Shown here: positions 1-13,700 of the stretch, piece by piece
Layout: every line of letters starts with the position of its first letter
How positions within the stretch are numbered: position 1 is the stretch's first letter
Origin: Mobula hypostoma
Lineage: Eukaryota
Reading direction: 5' to 3'
Length of the DNA stretch: 64,000 bases
NCBI RefSeq assembly: GCF_963921235.1
Contig: NC_086109.1
Location: 35,218,001 to 35,282,000 of the forward strand
Notes under the pieces: generated by a model
What the model was told of the DNA's origin: nothing
The model's database searches: none
The model's input: the letters and a program-made list of their open reading frames with translations, nothing else
Made by a program: the position numbers and the translations under genes

Positions 1-405
1 CCTGCCTCCTGCTCCAATCCCTCAGCCACACATTTATCCTCCACCTCATTGCATTCCTGCTGTCACTGTCGCGTGGAACAGGCAGTAATCCCGAGATTAC
101 TACCTTTGTGGTGCTTTTTTTCTACTCCCTTCCTAGCTCCCTATATTCTCCTTTCAGGACCTCTTCCCTTTTCCTACCTATGTCATTGGTACCTATATGT
201 ACCACGACCTCTGACTCCTCATTCTCCCACTTCAGGATATCTTGGACATGATCAGAAATATCCCGGACCCTGGCACCAGAGAGGCAAACTACCATCCAGG
301 TCTCTGGACTGTGTCTACAGAATCGTTTATCTGACTCCCTTAGTATCGAGTCCCCTATTACAACTGCTCTCCTCTTCCTTTCCCTACCCTTCTGAGCTAC
401 AGGGC
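1..405 (-). mobile_element. CR1 LINE fragment, ORF1 SGNH esterase domain (decayed)
   Basis: ORF 122..424(-) has AVVIGDSILR...VVCLSGARVRDI...VVVHIGTNDIGRK, the GDSL/SGNH blocks typical of CR1 ORF1. Confidence 0.85.
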
Positions 406-1134
406 TTGTATTGTTTGAAAACAATACAGAAATGAATCATGTTTAAACCTGATTAAATATTCTTTGTGGTTCAAACCCAAATGTATTGTCCAAATACAAA
501 TTTATTGCTCAAACTTCATATTCAGTAATGAATACAGTTATTTATTTAATCATAGAACTTGGTTTCCTGTGGATCCTAGATGATCAAGCCTAGTTATTTT
601 GCTGATGAACTTCCAACTCTTCTGGGAGTTCTGCCCCAATTGCTGAATATTCTATCAAATAACCATGTACACCTCCCACTAAAATCTGAAACCTCCATTA
701 ATGCAAAGTCATATTGCTTATGTAATGAAATGAGATTACCCTGGTCCAAACCTTCAGGATGTGTTGCAATGATTCTGTATTGCAAAGCATCCCTGCTTCC
801 TTCATACAATCTAAGTGGTTGAATGCTGGACTTATTCATAGGGCTTTTTTTTTCCCACTAACTTGCCCCACCACTAGCTAACTCCAACGAAGCCATTTTT
901 AAAAGGGCAGTGCAATTGTGAACAACTTTGACTGAAATTCTCAATTCAGAGCGGATGATGTTTCAAAGGAGATTCAAATTTGTCGTATTAATGAAATTCC
1001 TTGTCCACATGAAACTCACAGAGTATCTAGTATACAAATTAATAATCACTGCTACAATGGGTCCAAAACAGCACGATGGGGCAAAATTGCAGTGCAAACT
1101 GAACTACTGCAAACAGAAATGCAAAAGAAACATC

Positions 1135-1787
1135 TAAAGCTTTGACAATCTTCTATGGATGTGCAGTGGAGAGTATATTGACTGGCTGCATCACAGTTTG
1201 GTGTGGAAACACCCATGCCCTTGAATAGAAAATTCTACAAAAAGTAGTGGATATGACTCACTACATCATAGGTAAAGCCCTCCCAACCACTGAGCACATC
1301 TACATGAAGCACTACTGTAGGAAAGCAGCATCCATGATCGGGTTTGCCTATCACCCAGGACGTGTTCTCTTCTCATTACTGCCATCAGGAAGATTATACA
1401 GAAACCTCAGGACTCACACTACCAGGTTCAGGAACAGATACTACCCCTCAGCCATCAGGCTCTTGAACCAAAATGGATAACATCACTCAACTTCACTTGC
1501 CCCATCATTGCAATGTTCCCATAACCAATGGATTCTACATCTCATGTTCTCAATATTACTGCTTATTTATGATTATTATTATCATTTATTTCTTTTAGTA
1601 TTTGCACAATCTGCCATATTTTGCACACTGGGTGAATACCCAAGTTGATGCAGTCTTTCATTGATTCTGTTTTGATTATTATTCTATGGATTTACTAAAT
1701 ATACCCACAAGGCAGTGAATCTCAGGGTTGTATATGGTGACATATATGTACTTTGTAAATAAATTTACTTTTAACTTTAAACTTTCA
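1135..1787 (+). mobile_element. Rex1/Babar-type LINE 3' fragment (ORF2 C-terminus and 3' UTR)
   Basis: HPGRVLFSLLPSGRLYRNLRTHTTRFRNRYYPSAIRLLN motif; 3' end aataaatttacttttaacttt shared with other copies (4622-4650, 59895-59915). Confidence 0.8.
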
Positions 1788-1864
1788 ATAACTGAAAGAC
1801 AGAATTAAGTGTAGGTGGATGTGGCAGCACCACCAGGAGGGGATGGGAGAAGTGATTGCTTCAG

Positions 1865-2150
1865 GAATCTAACAGCAAATGAGGAAGAAGCTGTTCTGAA
1901 GCCTGGACATCCAGGCTTTTAAGCTTCTCCCTGAAGGTAGGCAAGGGAGAAGGAAATGGCCAGGGTGACAGGCATCCTTAATATGCCCTTTAGCCTTCCT
2001 GATACAGCACTCCAGGGAGGAAGAAGCTGACGACCCTGTGAAGGACCAAGCTCTGTTTACCACTGTTTGCAGGTTCCGTCTGTCAAGAGCAGAACAGTTG
2101 CCACACCAGACTGAGATAAAACTTCTCAGAATGATTTCTGTGGAGAAATA
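1865..2150 (-). mobile_element. Rex1/Babar-type LINE ORF2 C-terminal fragment
   Basis: ISVWCGNCSALDRRNLQTVV...IKDACHPGHFLLPCLPSGR...RLQNSFF. Confidence 0.7.
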
Positions 2151-3479
2151 TAACACAACCAGATTCTAACAGCAATTAATATTATTTCCCTACTGAATTA
2201 ACATTTGTGGGTGCTGCATTCCACAATTTATGTTTCTGGTAATTCGTCATTCAAAGCATTTTGGATAGTACACGTTTTTCCTCAACAAACCTTCTAAACA
2301 TAGACAAATTGTTTGTCCAAAGCACACTTCATGGCAATGATTGCCATATTTATCTACTCACCCAGCATATATTTGCTTGCAAATTTCATGTAATTCATCT
2401 CTGTATTGGAGAGGCTAATCCAATATTAACAAAACGTGTTATGTATTTCAAATATTGTTGTTAATTGTCACATGTAATTGGGAACTTCCTTGCATTGGGC
2501 AATGTTATAAAATGCTTTGAGTTTGAGAGGAATGGAATACAATGAAGATATTAATCAGATAAGCTAACATTGTTTTCTCTGTATTACTGGTTCATGTAAT
2601 AAGTTGATCAGAATTTCTTAAGTTTACATGGTAAATTATAGAAGGAACCTTTTTTCTCTGAAATGTGTATTTTTCTGTATGTTCCATTGGATTTGCTATA
2701 GAGCTAAGTCAACTTTCAATTATGATGCAGAAGTAACAGCAGTAATAATACATTTCCTGAATATTTAATCAAACATGAAACTATTGTGTAAGGTGATGAA
2801 TCATTTGCTGAATTAATTAAATACATTTTGGATGGTGTTAAGTGGCCATTACACTTAGAAATTAGGAGAGTAGTTTGACACTTATTCCTTTATAGTTACA
2901 CTTTACCCTGCCTACCTTCAACAATGTGTAGGGGAGTTGAACAATTTTAGATGAGTAATGTATTTGCAACTGCTGCATTTGTACCTTTGATCATAATTCA
3001 TGACAGCAGGTTCCATGCTGTGAGAGTGGTATAAGCTGTATATACTGTATATATATATATATTTATATACTGTAAGCACGTACCTAGTTTATTTAAATTC
3101 GACTATCTCTTTGCATAGGATGTTGGAATCAGAGGGAATTCCTACTGTTTTTACTTTCTAATAGTCAGGAAGCCCCAGACAGTGAAACAGAGAGAGACAC
3201 TGCCTGGTTGAGGAGATGTGAAGCATTTACTCTGTCTTATCTAGAGAGAACTTCTTCCAAGCTCTTCAAGCAGTGGCACAGCAAACATCACTTGTCCTGT
3301 TGAGTTGGCCAACTGCCAAGTAAGAACTGAGTTGTAAGGAGTTCCTGCGACTAACTTCAACAGCCCCTTGCTATCCTTGCCAAGCTTTCCCCATGCTCCA
3401 CTGCAGCCTCACCGCCTTTCCCTGATTACTGAAGAGTCTCCAGAGAAATCCCACCCCCACCATTCAGCACATTTACAAG

Positions 3480-4652
3480 GAGCACAACCATAAGAAAGCA
3501 GCATTCATCATCAAAAACCCCACCATCCAGGCCATACTCTCTTCTCACTGCTGCCATCGAGAAGGAGGTTCAGGAGTTTTAGGTCCCGCACCACCAAGTT
3601 CAGGAACAGATATTACCCTTTCACCACTGGACTCCTGAGCCAACATGGTTAACTTTACTCATCTTGACACAGAACTGATTCCACAACCTATGGACACATT
3701 TTCAAGGACTCTATAACCCTTGTCCTCAATATTTTTAAATAATGTATCTATTTATTGATTATTTCAATCTTTTTTGTATTTGCACAGTTTGTCTTCTTTT
3801 GCACATTGGTTGCTTGTCAGTCTTTGTGCATGGTCTGCATTGTTTCCACTGTATTTCTTTGTATTTACACTGAGTGCCCATAAGAAAATGAATCTCAGAG
3901 TAGTATATTAGATTAGATTAGATTATGAGGACACGCAGTCCTCTTTTATTGTCATTTAGTAATGCATGCATTAAGAAATGATACAATTTGTTCCTCCAGG
4001 ATGATATCACAGAAACACAAGACAAATCAAGACTAAAAAAACAGACAAAAAACACATAAATATAACATATATTTACAACAGTGCGAGCAATACCATAATT
4101 TGATAGAAGAACAGATCATGGGCACGGTAAAAAAAATCTCAAAGTCTCTCGAAAGTCCCATCATCTCACACAGATGATTGAAGGAAGAAAACTCTTCCTG
4201 CCGTGAGCTTCCAGCACCGCAAACTTGCCAATGCAGCATCCTGGAAGCACCTGACCACAGTCCTACTCCGAGTCCATCCAAAAACTTCGAGCCTCTGACC
4301 AACTGTCCGACACCGAGCACCATGCACCATCTCTGCCGAGCGTTTCGACCCCAGCCCCAGCAACAGGCAATAGGCAAAGCCGAGGATCTGGGGCCTTCCC
4401 CTCCGGAGATTCTCGATCGCACAGTAGCAGCGGCAGCGAAGCAGGCATTTCAGGAGTTTCTCCAGATGTTCGTCCGTGCTTCTCACGGCTGTCTCCATCA
4501 AATCAGAATTGTGCACAGTACCTACTTACAAATACAATATCAATTTGGAGCAGCCGCGCGTGCTGCGTCGCGCCGCCATCTTCTCCTCCCCTCCATATAT
4601 GATGGCATATATGTACTTCGATAATAAATTTACTTTGAACTTTGAACTTGAA
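3480..4652 (+). mobile_element. Rex1/Babar-type LINE 3' fragment, interrupted by an insertion at ~3909-4594
   Basis: Homologous to 1290-1787. The 3' UTR ctcagagtagtata...atgatggcatatatgtac...aataaatttactttgaactttga resumes after the insert. Confidence 0.75.
3909..4594 (-). mobile_element. Non-autonomous retroelement (SINE-like or internally deleted LINE) with (tctaa)n tail
   Basis: Plus-strand (ttaga)3 at the left end is a microsatellite tail on the minus strand. CpG-rich 5' end gaggggaggagaagatggcggcg. Splits a Rex 3' UTR, with possible short atat TSD. Confidence 0.65.
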
Positions 4653-5329
4653 CATTATCTTGCTGGCTACTTTGGAAGACTGCAACAACTGGAATATTTC
4701 AAAATAGTGCAGACTTTGCTCCTTAGTGACATCAATTAATACAACTTTCCCAAAGTAGACTGCTGAATCCATCGCTTTTGAATTTCTGCATACCAGCAGC
4801 ATCACTAAATAGGTTCCCCATCATTTTTTTTCCTTGACTTGCAAGATTTATTTATATTGAAATGAAGGTGTGACCTACGTATGTTTTCTCTCTCATCACA
4901 GCAATTTAAATTTAGATTTGGGGCCTGTTGACTTTCAGTGTTCCTTCTTTTCTACTGACATCATATCAGTGCCCAGATTTTGATAGCTCTGCTTCAATTT
5001 TCTGTTCCCAATGAAAAAAAGAAAGTGAATTTAATAGCTCAATGATTATTTTTTCAATGCTCTATCATTTCCCTCCAATACAAGTTTTTGTTAGTGGTCT
5101 GTCTACTGTAGAAAATGATGATAGATTGGCTGACATGTAACATATCCCATTTCAATACACCATCAATGCCAAAGTACCACAGAGCAGACTGTCATCTAGA
5201 ACTGTGCCAATTTCTTCTCTCTGTAGTAAATACATGGCACTGTAGTAAATAATGACAACTATTGTTATATATTATACCTGAAGCTCCCTGAGAATACAAA
5301 CATTTAAAAATGAAGCTTTGCCAGGATTC

Positions 5330-5604
5330 GGACATCATTGCAAAAGTCAACATTTATTGTGTGAAGAAGGTGGCGAGATGGCTTCTTAAACCATTACAAT
5401 CATCCTGGTGAAGGTACTCCCATATTGCTGTAGGATACCGATTTCTGGGATTTAAAACCAGAAGTATGGAACAACAGGCAATACATTTTTAAGCCAGGTG
5501 GTGTGTGACATGGAAGGGAACTTGCTGATGGTGGTGTTGCAATGTGCCTATTTCCTTTGTCTTGCTCAGTGATAACAGCTGCAGGTTTATGAGGTGCTTC
5601 TGGA
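5330..5604 (-). mobile_element. Old CR1/L2-group LINE, 3' end of ORF2 (left flank of the minisatellite)
   Basis: Minus frame reads ...PSLLQKHLINLQLLSLSKTKEIGTLQHHHQQVP, continuous with the LINE remnant at 14229-14585 once the array is collapsed. Confidence 0.65.
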
Positions 5605-5787
5605 GTAGACTGGGAGTGTAAGTGAAGTGTTTATTGTAGACTGGGAGTGTAAGTGAAGTGTATGTTGTATTCTGAGAGTGTAAGTGAAGTGAATATTGTA
5701 GACTGGGAGTGTAAGTGAAGTGTTTATTGTAGATTGGGAGTGTAAGTGAAGTGTATGTTGTATCCTGGGAGTGTAAGTGAAGAGAAT
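5604..5787. repeat. 31-bp minisatellite, left block (~6 units)
   Basis: Unit gtagactgggagtgtaagtgaagtgaatatt with variants. Confidence 0.95.
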
Positions 5788-7770
5788 TGTAGCCCCACTG
5801 GCCAGCCTCAGGGTCACTCAGCTCGCTGTCATCTAGAGAAATAGCCCTCGGCCCCGCCAAACTGGGTAATAAGTTTGTGTGGATGCTGTGTGATGCACCC
5901 CACCCCGCCCAAATAACAGACAATACACCAGATACGATTAAATGATTTACAGTTTATAGATATTACTGGAACTATATAATTAATAGAGAATAAAATATAA
6001 AAGGAAAATAAAAGGCACCACACTTATCAAAGTTCAATCTCTTCGTGCACAAACAGTTGGAGCTCAGGACCCTCCTTTTTCACCCTGCGATTCCCTTGGA
6101 CCACTTTGACCTGCTGCCTGGGGCCAACAATGGTGGTCGACCAGATGCTCCACACGGGTCCGTCTCCGTCTGCTCTCCTTGCCGAACACCCTGCTCGGGG
6201 TCCGACCCCGTTAGAGGACTCACAGCACCTGGTCCATCCCCTGTCTCTCTCTCCCGCCTTCTGCCCAAAAACCCGCGCATCACACTATCTTACAGACACA
6301 CAGAAAGCATGACAACTATCCCAATTGGTTCGTAACACCTTCTTATCAGTAAGATGATCCAAACAAACGGCTAGCAAGAGGACTTTCTCAGCAGTTAACA
6401 TAACAAAGAAGCCAATTTAATTAGACTAAGCAGTGACATAAAAAAACTCTTACACTCTCTCCCCACCAAATAAAAGTCATGCCCTCATGACTTCTAAATA
6501 ACTCACCAACCAGTCCTACGGATACAAAAACCCATCCAGATACACACAGCGACATTGCTCCCCCAAACAGTAGACCTTCTGCCCATCCACAGGCGCTACA
6601 TAGGCCAACCTGTCTGGGAGCTTCTTAATCCTCCGAGACCTCCGTACCCCCTTACCTAAACCCTAAAGGCTCAGACACTACTAGGGATACCTCCGGTCTG
6701 CTTGCCAACTCCTCTCTCACTCATGCCACCACTACACCTTGGAGCCCCCTGTCCCGTGTCCAGGGCCCCGCTTCTTTTCGTTCCTGGTCCTGCTGTAACC
6801 CAGACTGCCCACAGCTAACCCTCCCCACTACATCTGACTCAGTGGGACAAGGGCCAACGGTCTCTTCCTCAAACACGGGGAAGTTAGCGAAAGGCGCATG
6901 TACCACATGTCCTTCGAATCCATATTCTTCCTCATTTCCTCGCTCGGTAGCTGCTGTTTGAGTTTCTTCAGACTGAAGCATTTAGCCAGAGCTACCCCTT
7001 CAGCCTCCTACAGTCGAGATGTCAGCTTCTTCGGGGACTCCTTCAACGCTTGCCACAGCCTCAGCAGTTCTGACTCATGCTTCTTGGCCATCTCAGTCTG
7101 GGACGCAGTTATCCCACCAGCTTCTTCCACCCTGACCTGAAAAGCAGCAGTTAAAGAATGTTCAGTCTCCAGTTTTTGCCTCCTGATGACGTCTTCCAGG
7201 TCAACTTTCAGTTTTTCCACTTCATTTAAACTGTCGTAGTCCCCCCAGGCGAATCCAAGCTCAAGGCGGTCATCCACATACGCAAAAACTCCACACACCT
7301 TCACTTCCCCCATGGTCTTACTCATGCCCCGCGGGAAGGATTCAGGGGCTCCGGATATGCCCTAGGGCATCTTTTCTGATCAGAAGAATCCTAGGGAACG
7401 AATAACTGCCGTCTTCTGCTCATCAGCCGCACTCGTCGGGATCTGGCAACATCCACTCCTCAGATCCAGCACATTAAACCACGTCGCATAATCCGCACAC
7501 ACGCTGCCTTCATCTTCCACGCCGCCAGGGTCCAGTTGCCACGAACTCTCTCTCACTGAGGTGTCTTCAGCGGTCAACTCCCCTCCCTCGTGGTAGTTCA
7601 GAGCGTCTACTAAGAGGGTCTCACCCTCAGCTACATCCCCTAGGCCATAACACAGCTGGGTCTCGTTTAAATTCAGTACCGGCTCAAGGCTGCTACACAC
7701 GTCCTCAGAAGCAACTCGACACGCCATTTTAGTTAGACTACGCAGTGACATAGAAAAGAAACCCCTTACA
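5788..7770 (-). mobile_element. Internally deleted Gypsy/Ty3 LTR retrotransposon inserted in the minisatellite
   Basis: TG...CA termini; 4-bp TSD gaat (5784-5787 / 7771-7774). Full LTR 5788-6454 preceded on the minus strand by polypurine tract tggtggggagagag. ~45-bp stub of the second LTR at ~7724-7770 matches ~6411-6454. Confidence 0.9.
7205..7500 (-). pseudogene. Degenerate Gypsy reverse transcriptase segment
   Basis: [35 protein letters not shown] then ISGAPESF..MSKTMGEVKVCGVFAYVDD, matching the LDLxSGYxQ and YxDD RT motifs; disrupted reading frame. Confidence 0.8.
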
Positions 7771-10700
7771 GAATGTTGTAGACTGGGAGTGTAAGTGAAA
7801 TGTATATTGTAGACTGGGAGTGTAAGTGAAGTGTTTATTGTAGACTGGGAGTGTAAGTGAAGTGAATATTGTAGACTGGGAGTGTAAGTGAAGTGAATAT
7901 TATAGACTGAGAGTGTAAGTGAAGTGAATATTGTAGACCAGGAGTGTGTGAGTGAAGTGAATATTGTAGACTGGGAGTGTAAGTGAAGTGAATATTATAG
8001 ACTGGGAATGTAAGTGAAGTGAATATTGTAGACTGAGAGTGTAAGTGAAGTGAATATTGTAGACTGGGAGTGTAAGTGAAGTGAATATTGTAGACCGGGA
8101 GTGTAAGTGAAGTGAATATTGTAGACTGAGAGTGTAAGTGAAGTGAATATTGTAGACTGGGAGTGTAAGTGAAGTGAATACTGTAGACTGGGAGTGTAAG
8201 TGAAGTGAATATTGTAGACAGAGTGTAAATGAAGTGAATATGGTAGACTGGGAGTGTAGCTGAAGTGTATGTTCTAGACTGGGAGTGTAAGAGAAGTGTT
8301 TATTGTAGACTGGGAGTGTAAGTGAAGTGAACATTGTAGACTGAGAGTGTAAGTGAAATGAATATTGTAGACTGGGAGTGTAAGTGAAGTGAATATTGTA
8401 GACTGAGAGTGTAAGTGAAGTGAATATTGTAGACTGGGAGTGTAAGTGAAGTGAATATTGTAGACCGGGAGTGTAAGTGAAGTGAATATTGTAGACCGAG
8501 AGTGTTAGTGAAGTGAATATTGCAGACTGGGAGTGTAAGTGAAGTGAATATTGTAGACTGAGAGTGTTAGTGAAGTGAATATTATAGACTGGGAGTGTAA
8601 GTGAAGTGAATATTGTAGACCGGGAGTGTAAGTGAAGTGAATATTGTAGACCGAGAGTGTTAGTGAAGTGAATATTGCAGACTGGGAGTGTAAGTGAAGT
8701 GAATATTGTAGACTGAGAGTGTTAGTGAAGTGAATATTATAGACTGGGAGTGTAAGTGAAGTGAATATTGTAGACTGGGAGTGTAAGGGAAGTGAATATT
8801 ATAGACTGAGAGTGTAAGTGAAGTGAATATTGTAGACTCGGAGTGTGTGAGTGAAGTGAATATTGCAGACCGGGAGTGTAAGTGAAGTGAATATTGTAGA
8901 CCGGGAGTGTAAGTGAAGTGAATATTGTAGATTGAGAGTGTAGGTGAAGTGAATATTGAAGACTGGGAGTGTAAGTGAAGTGAATATTGTAGACAGAGTG
9001 TAAGTGAAGTGAATATTGTGGACTGAGAGTGTAAGTGAAGTGAATATTGTAGACTGAGAGTGTAAGTGAAGTGAATATTGTAGACTGGGAGTGTAAGTGA
9101 AGTGTATGTTGTAGACCGGGAGTGTAAGTGAAGTGAATATTGTAGACCGGGAGTGTAAGTGAAGTGAACATTGTAGACTGGGAGTGTAAGTGAAGTGAAT
9201 ATGATAGACTGGGAGTGTAAGTGGTGAATATTGTAGACTGAGAGTGTAAGTGAAGTGAATATTTTAGACTGGGAGTGTAAGTGAAGTGAATATTATAGAC
9301 TGAGAGTGTCAGTGAAGTGAATATTGTAGATTGGGAGTGTGTGAGTGAAGTGCATATTGCAGACTGGGAGTGTAAGTGAAGTGAATATTGTAGACTGGGA
9401 GTGTAAGTGAAGTGAACATTGTAGACTGGGAGTGTAAGTGAAGTGAATATCGTAGACCGGGAGTGTAAGTGAAGTGAATATTGTAGACTGAGAGTGTAAG
9501 TGAAGTGCATATTGTAGACCGGGAGTGTAAGTGAAGTGAATATTGTAGACCGGGAGTGTAAGTGAAGTGAATATTGTAGACTGAGAGTGTAAGTGAAGTC
9601 AATATTGTAGACTGGGAGTGTAAGTGAAGTGAATATTGTAGACCGGGAGTGTAAGTGAACTGAATATTGTAGACTGAGAGTGTAAGTGAAGTGAACATTG
9701 TAGACTGGGAGTGTAAGTGAAGTGAATATCGTAGACCGGGAGTGTAAGTGAAGTGAATATTGTAGACTGAGAGTGTAAGTGAAGTGCATATTGTAGACCG
9801 GGAGTGTAAGTGAAGTGAATATTGTAGACCGGGAGTGTAAGTGAAGTGAATATTGTAGACTGGGAGTGTAAGTGAAGTGAATATTGTAGACTGGGAGTGT
9901 AAGGGAAGTGAATATTATAGACTGAGAGTGTAAGTGAAGTGAATATTGTAGACTCGGAGTGTGTGAGTGAAGTGAATATTGTAGACCGGGAGTGTAAGTG
10001 AAGTGAATATTGTAGACCGAGAGTGTTAGTGAAGTGAATATTGCAGACTGGGAGTGTAAGTGAAGTGAATATTGTAGACTGAGAGTGTTAGTGAAGTGAA
10101 TATTATAGACTGGGAGTGTAAGTGAAGTGAATATTGTAGACCGGGAGTGTAAGTGAAGTGAATATTGTAGACCGAGAGTGTTAGTGAAGTGAATATTGCA
10201 GACTGGGAGTGTAAGTGAAGTGAATATTGTAGACTGAGAGTGTTAGTGAAGTGAATATTATAGACTGGGAGTGTAAGTGAAGTGAATATTGTAGACTGGG
10301 AGTGTAAGGGAAGTGAATATTATAGACTGAGAGTGTAAGTGAAGTGAATATTGTAGACTCGGAGTGTGTGAGTGAAGTGAATATTGCAGACCGGGAGTGT
10401 AAGTGAAGTGAATATTGTAGACCGGGAGTGTAAGTGAAGTGAATATTGTAGATTGAGAGTGTAGGTGAAGTGAATATTGAAGACTGGGAGTGTAAGTGAA
10501 GTGAATATTGTAGACAGAGTGTAAGTGAAGTGAATATTGTGGACTGAGAGTGTAAGTGAAGTGAATATTGTAGACTGAGAGTGTAAGTGAAGTGAATATT
10601 GTAGACTGGGAGTGTAAGTGAAGTGTATGTTGTAGACCGGGAGTGTAAGTGAAGTGAATATTGTAGACCGGGAGTGTAAGTGAAGTGAACATTGTAGACT

Positions 10701-13700
10701 GGGAGTGTAAGTGAAGTGAATATGATAGACTGGGAGTGTAAGTGGTGAATATTGTAGACTGAGAGTGTAAGTGAAGTGAATATTTTAGACTGGGAGTGTA
10801 AGTGAAGTGAATATTATAGACTGAGAGTGTCAGTGAAGTGAATATTGTAGATTGGGAGTGTGTGAGTGAAGTGCATATTGCAGACTGGGAGTGTAAGTGA
10901 AGTGAATATTGTAGACTGGGAGTGTAAGTGAAGTGAACATTGTAGACTGGGAGTGTAAGTGAAGTGAATATCGTAGACCGGGAGTGTAAGTGAAGTGAAT
11001 ATTGTAGACTGAGAGTGTAAGTGAAGTGCATATTGTAGACCGGGAGTGTAAGTGAAGTGAATATTGTAGACCGGGAGTGTAAGTGAAGTGAATATTGTAG
11101 ACTGAGAGTGTAAGTGAAGTCAATATTGTAGACTGGGAGTGTAAGTGAAGTGAATATTGTAGACCGGGAGTGTAAGTGAACTGAATATTGTAGACTGAGA
11201 GTGTAAGTGAAGTGAACATTGTAGACTGGGAGTGTAAGTGAAGTGAATATCGTAGACCGGGAGTGTAAGTGAAGTGAATATTGTAGACTGAGAGTGTAAG
11301 TGAAGTGCATATTGTAGACCGGGAGTGTAAGTGAAGTGAATATTGTAGACCGGGAGTGTAAGTGAAGTGAATATTGTAGACTGGGAGTGTAAGTGAAGTG
11401 AATATTGTAGACTGGGAGTGTAAGGGAAGTGAATATTATAGACTGAGAGTGTAAGTGAAGTGAATATTGTAGACTCGGAGTGTGTGAGTGAAGTGAATAT
11501 TGCAGACCGGGAGTGTAAGTGAAGTGAATATTGTAGACCGGGAGTGTAAGTGAAGTGAATATTGTAGATTGAGAGTGTTGGGGAAGTGAATATTGAAGAC
11601 TCGGAGTGTAAGTGAAGTGAATATTGTAGACAGAGTGTAAGTGAAGTGAATATTGTGGACTGAGAGTGTAAGTGAAGTGAATATTGTAGACTGAGAGTGT
11701 AAGTGAAGTGAATATTGTAGACTGGGATTGTAAGTGAAGTGTATGTTGTAGACCGGGAGTGTAAGTGAAGTGAATATTGTAGACCGGGAGTGTAAGTGAA
11801 GTGAACATTGTAGACTGGGAGTGTAAGTGAAGTGAATATTTTAGACTGGGAGTGTAAGTGAAGTGAATATTATAGACTGAGAGTGTCAGTGAAGTGAATA
11901 TTGTAGATTGGGAGTGTGTGAGTGAAGTGCATATTGCAGACTGGGAGTGTAAGTGAAGTGAATATTGTAGACTGGGAGTGTAAGTGAAGTGAACATTGTA
12001 GACTGGGAGTGTAAGTGAAGTGAATATCGTAGACCGGGAGTGTAAGTGAAGTGAATATCGTAGACCGGGAGTGTAAGTGAAGTGAATATTGTAGACTGAG
12101 AGTGTAAGTGCATATTGTAGACCGGGAGTGTAAGTGAAGTGAATATTGTAGACCGGGAGTGTAAGTGAAGTGAATATTGTAGACTGAGAGTGTAAGTGAA
12201 GTCAATATTGTAGACTGGGAGTGTAAGTGAAGTGAATATTGTAGACCGGGAGTGTAAGTGAACTGAATATTGTAGACTGAGAGTGTAAGTGAAGTGAACA
12301 TTGTAGACTGGGAGTGTAAGTGAAGTGAATATCGTAGACCGGGAGTGTAAGTGAAGTGAATATTGTAGACTGAGAGTGTAAGTGAAGTGCATATTGTAGA
12401 CCGGGAGTGTAAGTGAAGTGAATATTGTAGACCGGGAGTGTAAGTGAAGTGAATATTGTAGACTGAGAGTGTAAGTGAAGTCAATATTGTAGACTGGGAG
12501 TGTAAGTGAAGTGAATATTGTAGACCGGGAGTGTAAGTGAACTGAATATTGTAGACTGAGAGTATAAGTGAAGTGAATATTGTAGACTAGGAGTGTAAGT
12601 GAAGTGAATATTGTAGACTGGGAGTGTAAGTGAAGTGAATATTGTAGACAGAGTGTAAGTGAAGTGAATATTGTAGACTGGGAGTGTATGTGAAGTGAAT
12701 ATTGTAGGAAGAGTGTAAGTGAAGTGAATATGGTAGACTGGGAGTGTAGCTGAAGTGTATGTTGTAGACTGGGAGTGTAAGAGAAGTGTTTATTGTAGAC
12801 TGGGAGTGTAAGTGAAGTGAATATTGTAGACTGAGAGTGTAAGTGAAGTGAATATTGTAGACTGAGAGTGTAAGTGAAGTGAATATTGCAGACTGAGAGT
12901 GTAAGTGAAGTGAATATTGTAGACTGGGAGTGTAAGTGAAGTGAATATTGTAGACTGAGAGTGTAAGTGAAGTGAATATTGTGGACTGGGAGTGTGTGAG
13001 TGAAGTGAATATTGTAGACTGGGAGTGTAAGTGAAGTGAATATTGTAGACTGGGAGTGTAAGTGAAGTGAATATTGTAGACTGAGAGTGTAAGTGAAGTG
13101 AATATGATAGACTGGGAGTGTAAGTGGTGAATATTGTAGACTGAGAGTGTAAGTGAAGTGAATATTTTAGACTGGGAGTGTAAGTGAAGTGAATATTATA
13201 GACTGAGAGTGTCAGTGAAGTGAATATTGTAGATTGGGAGTGTGTGAGTGAAGTGCATATTGCAGACTGGGAGTGTAAGTGAAGTGAATATTGTAGACTG
13301 GGAGTGTAAGTGAAGTGAATATTGTAGACTGAGAGTGTAAGTGAAGTGAATATTGTAGACTGGGAGTGTGTGAGTGAAGTGAATATTGTAGACTGGGAGT
13401 GTAAGTGACGTGAATATTGTAGACAGTGTGTAAGTGAAGTGAATATGGTAGACTGAGAGTGTAAGTGAAGTGAATATTGTAGACTGGGAGTGTAGCTGAA
13501 GTGTATGTTGTAGACTGGGAGTGTAAGAGAAGTGTTCATTGTAGACTGGGAGTGTAAGTGAAGTGAATATTGTAGACTGAGAGTGTAAGTGAAGTGAATA
13601 TTGTAGACTGGGAGTGTAGCTGAAGTGTATGTTGTAGACTGGGAGTGTAAGAGAAGTGTTCATTGTAGACTGGGAGTGTGAGTGAAGTGCATATTGCAGA

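Noticed and set aside
3119..3303. Possible exon after ttgcatag acceptor-like site
   Set aside because: Translation has no recognisable homology and no linked exons were found.
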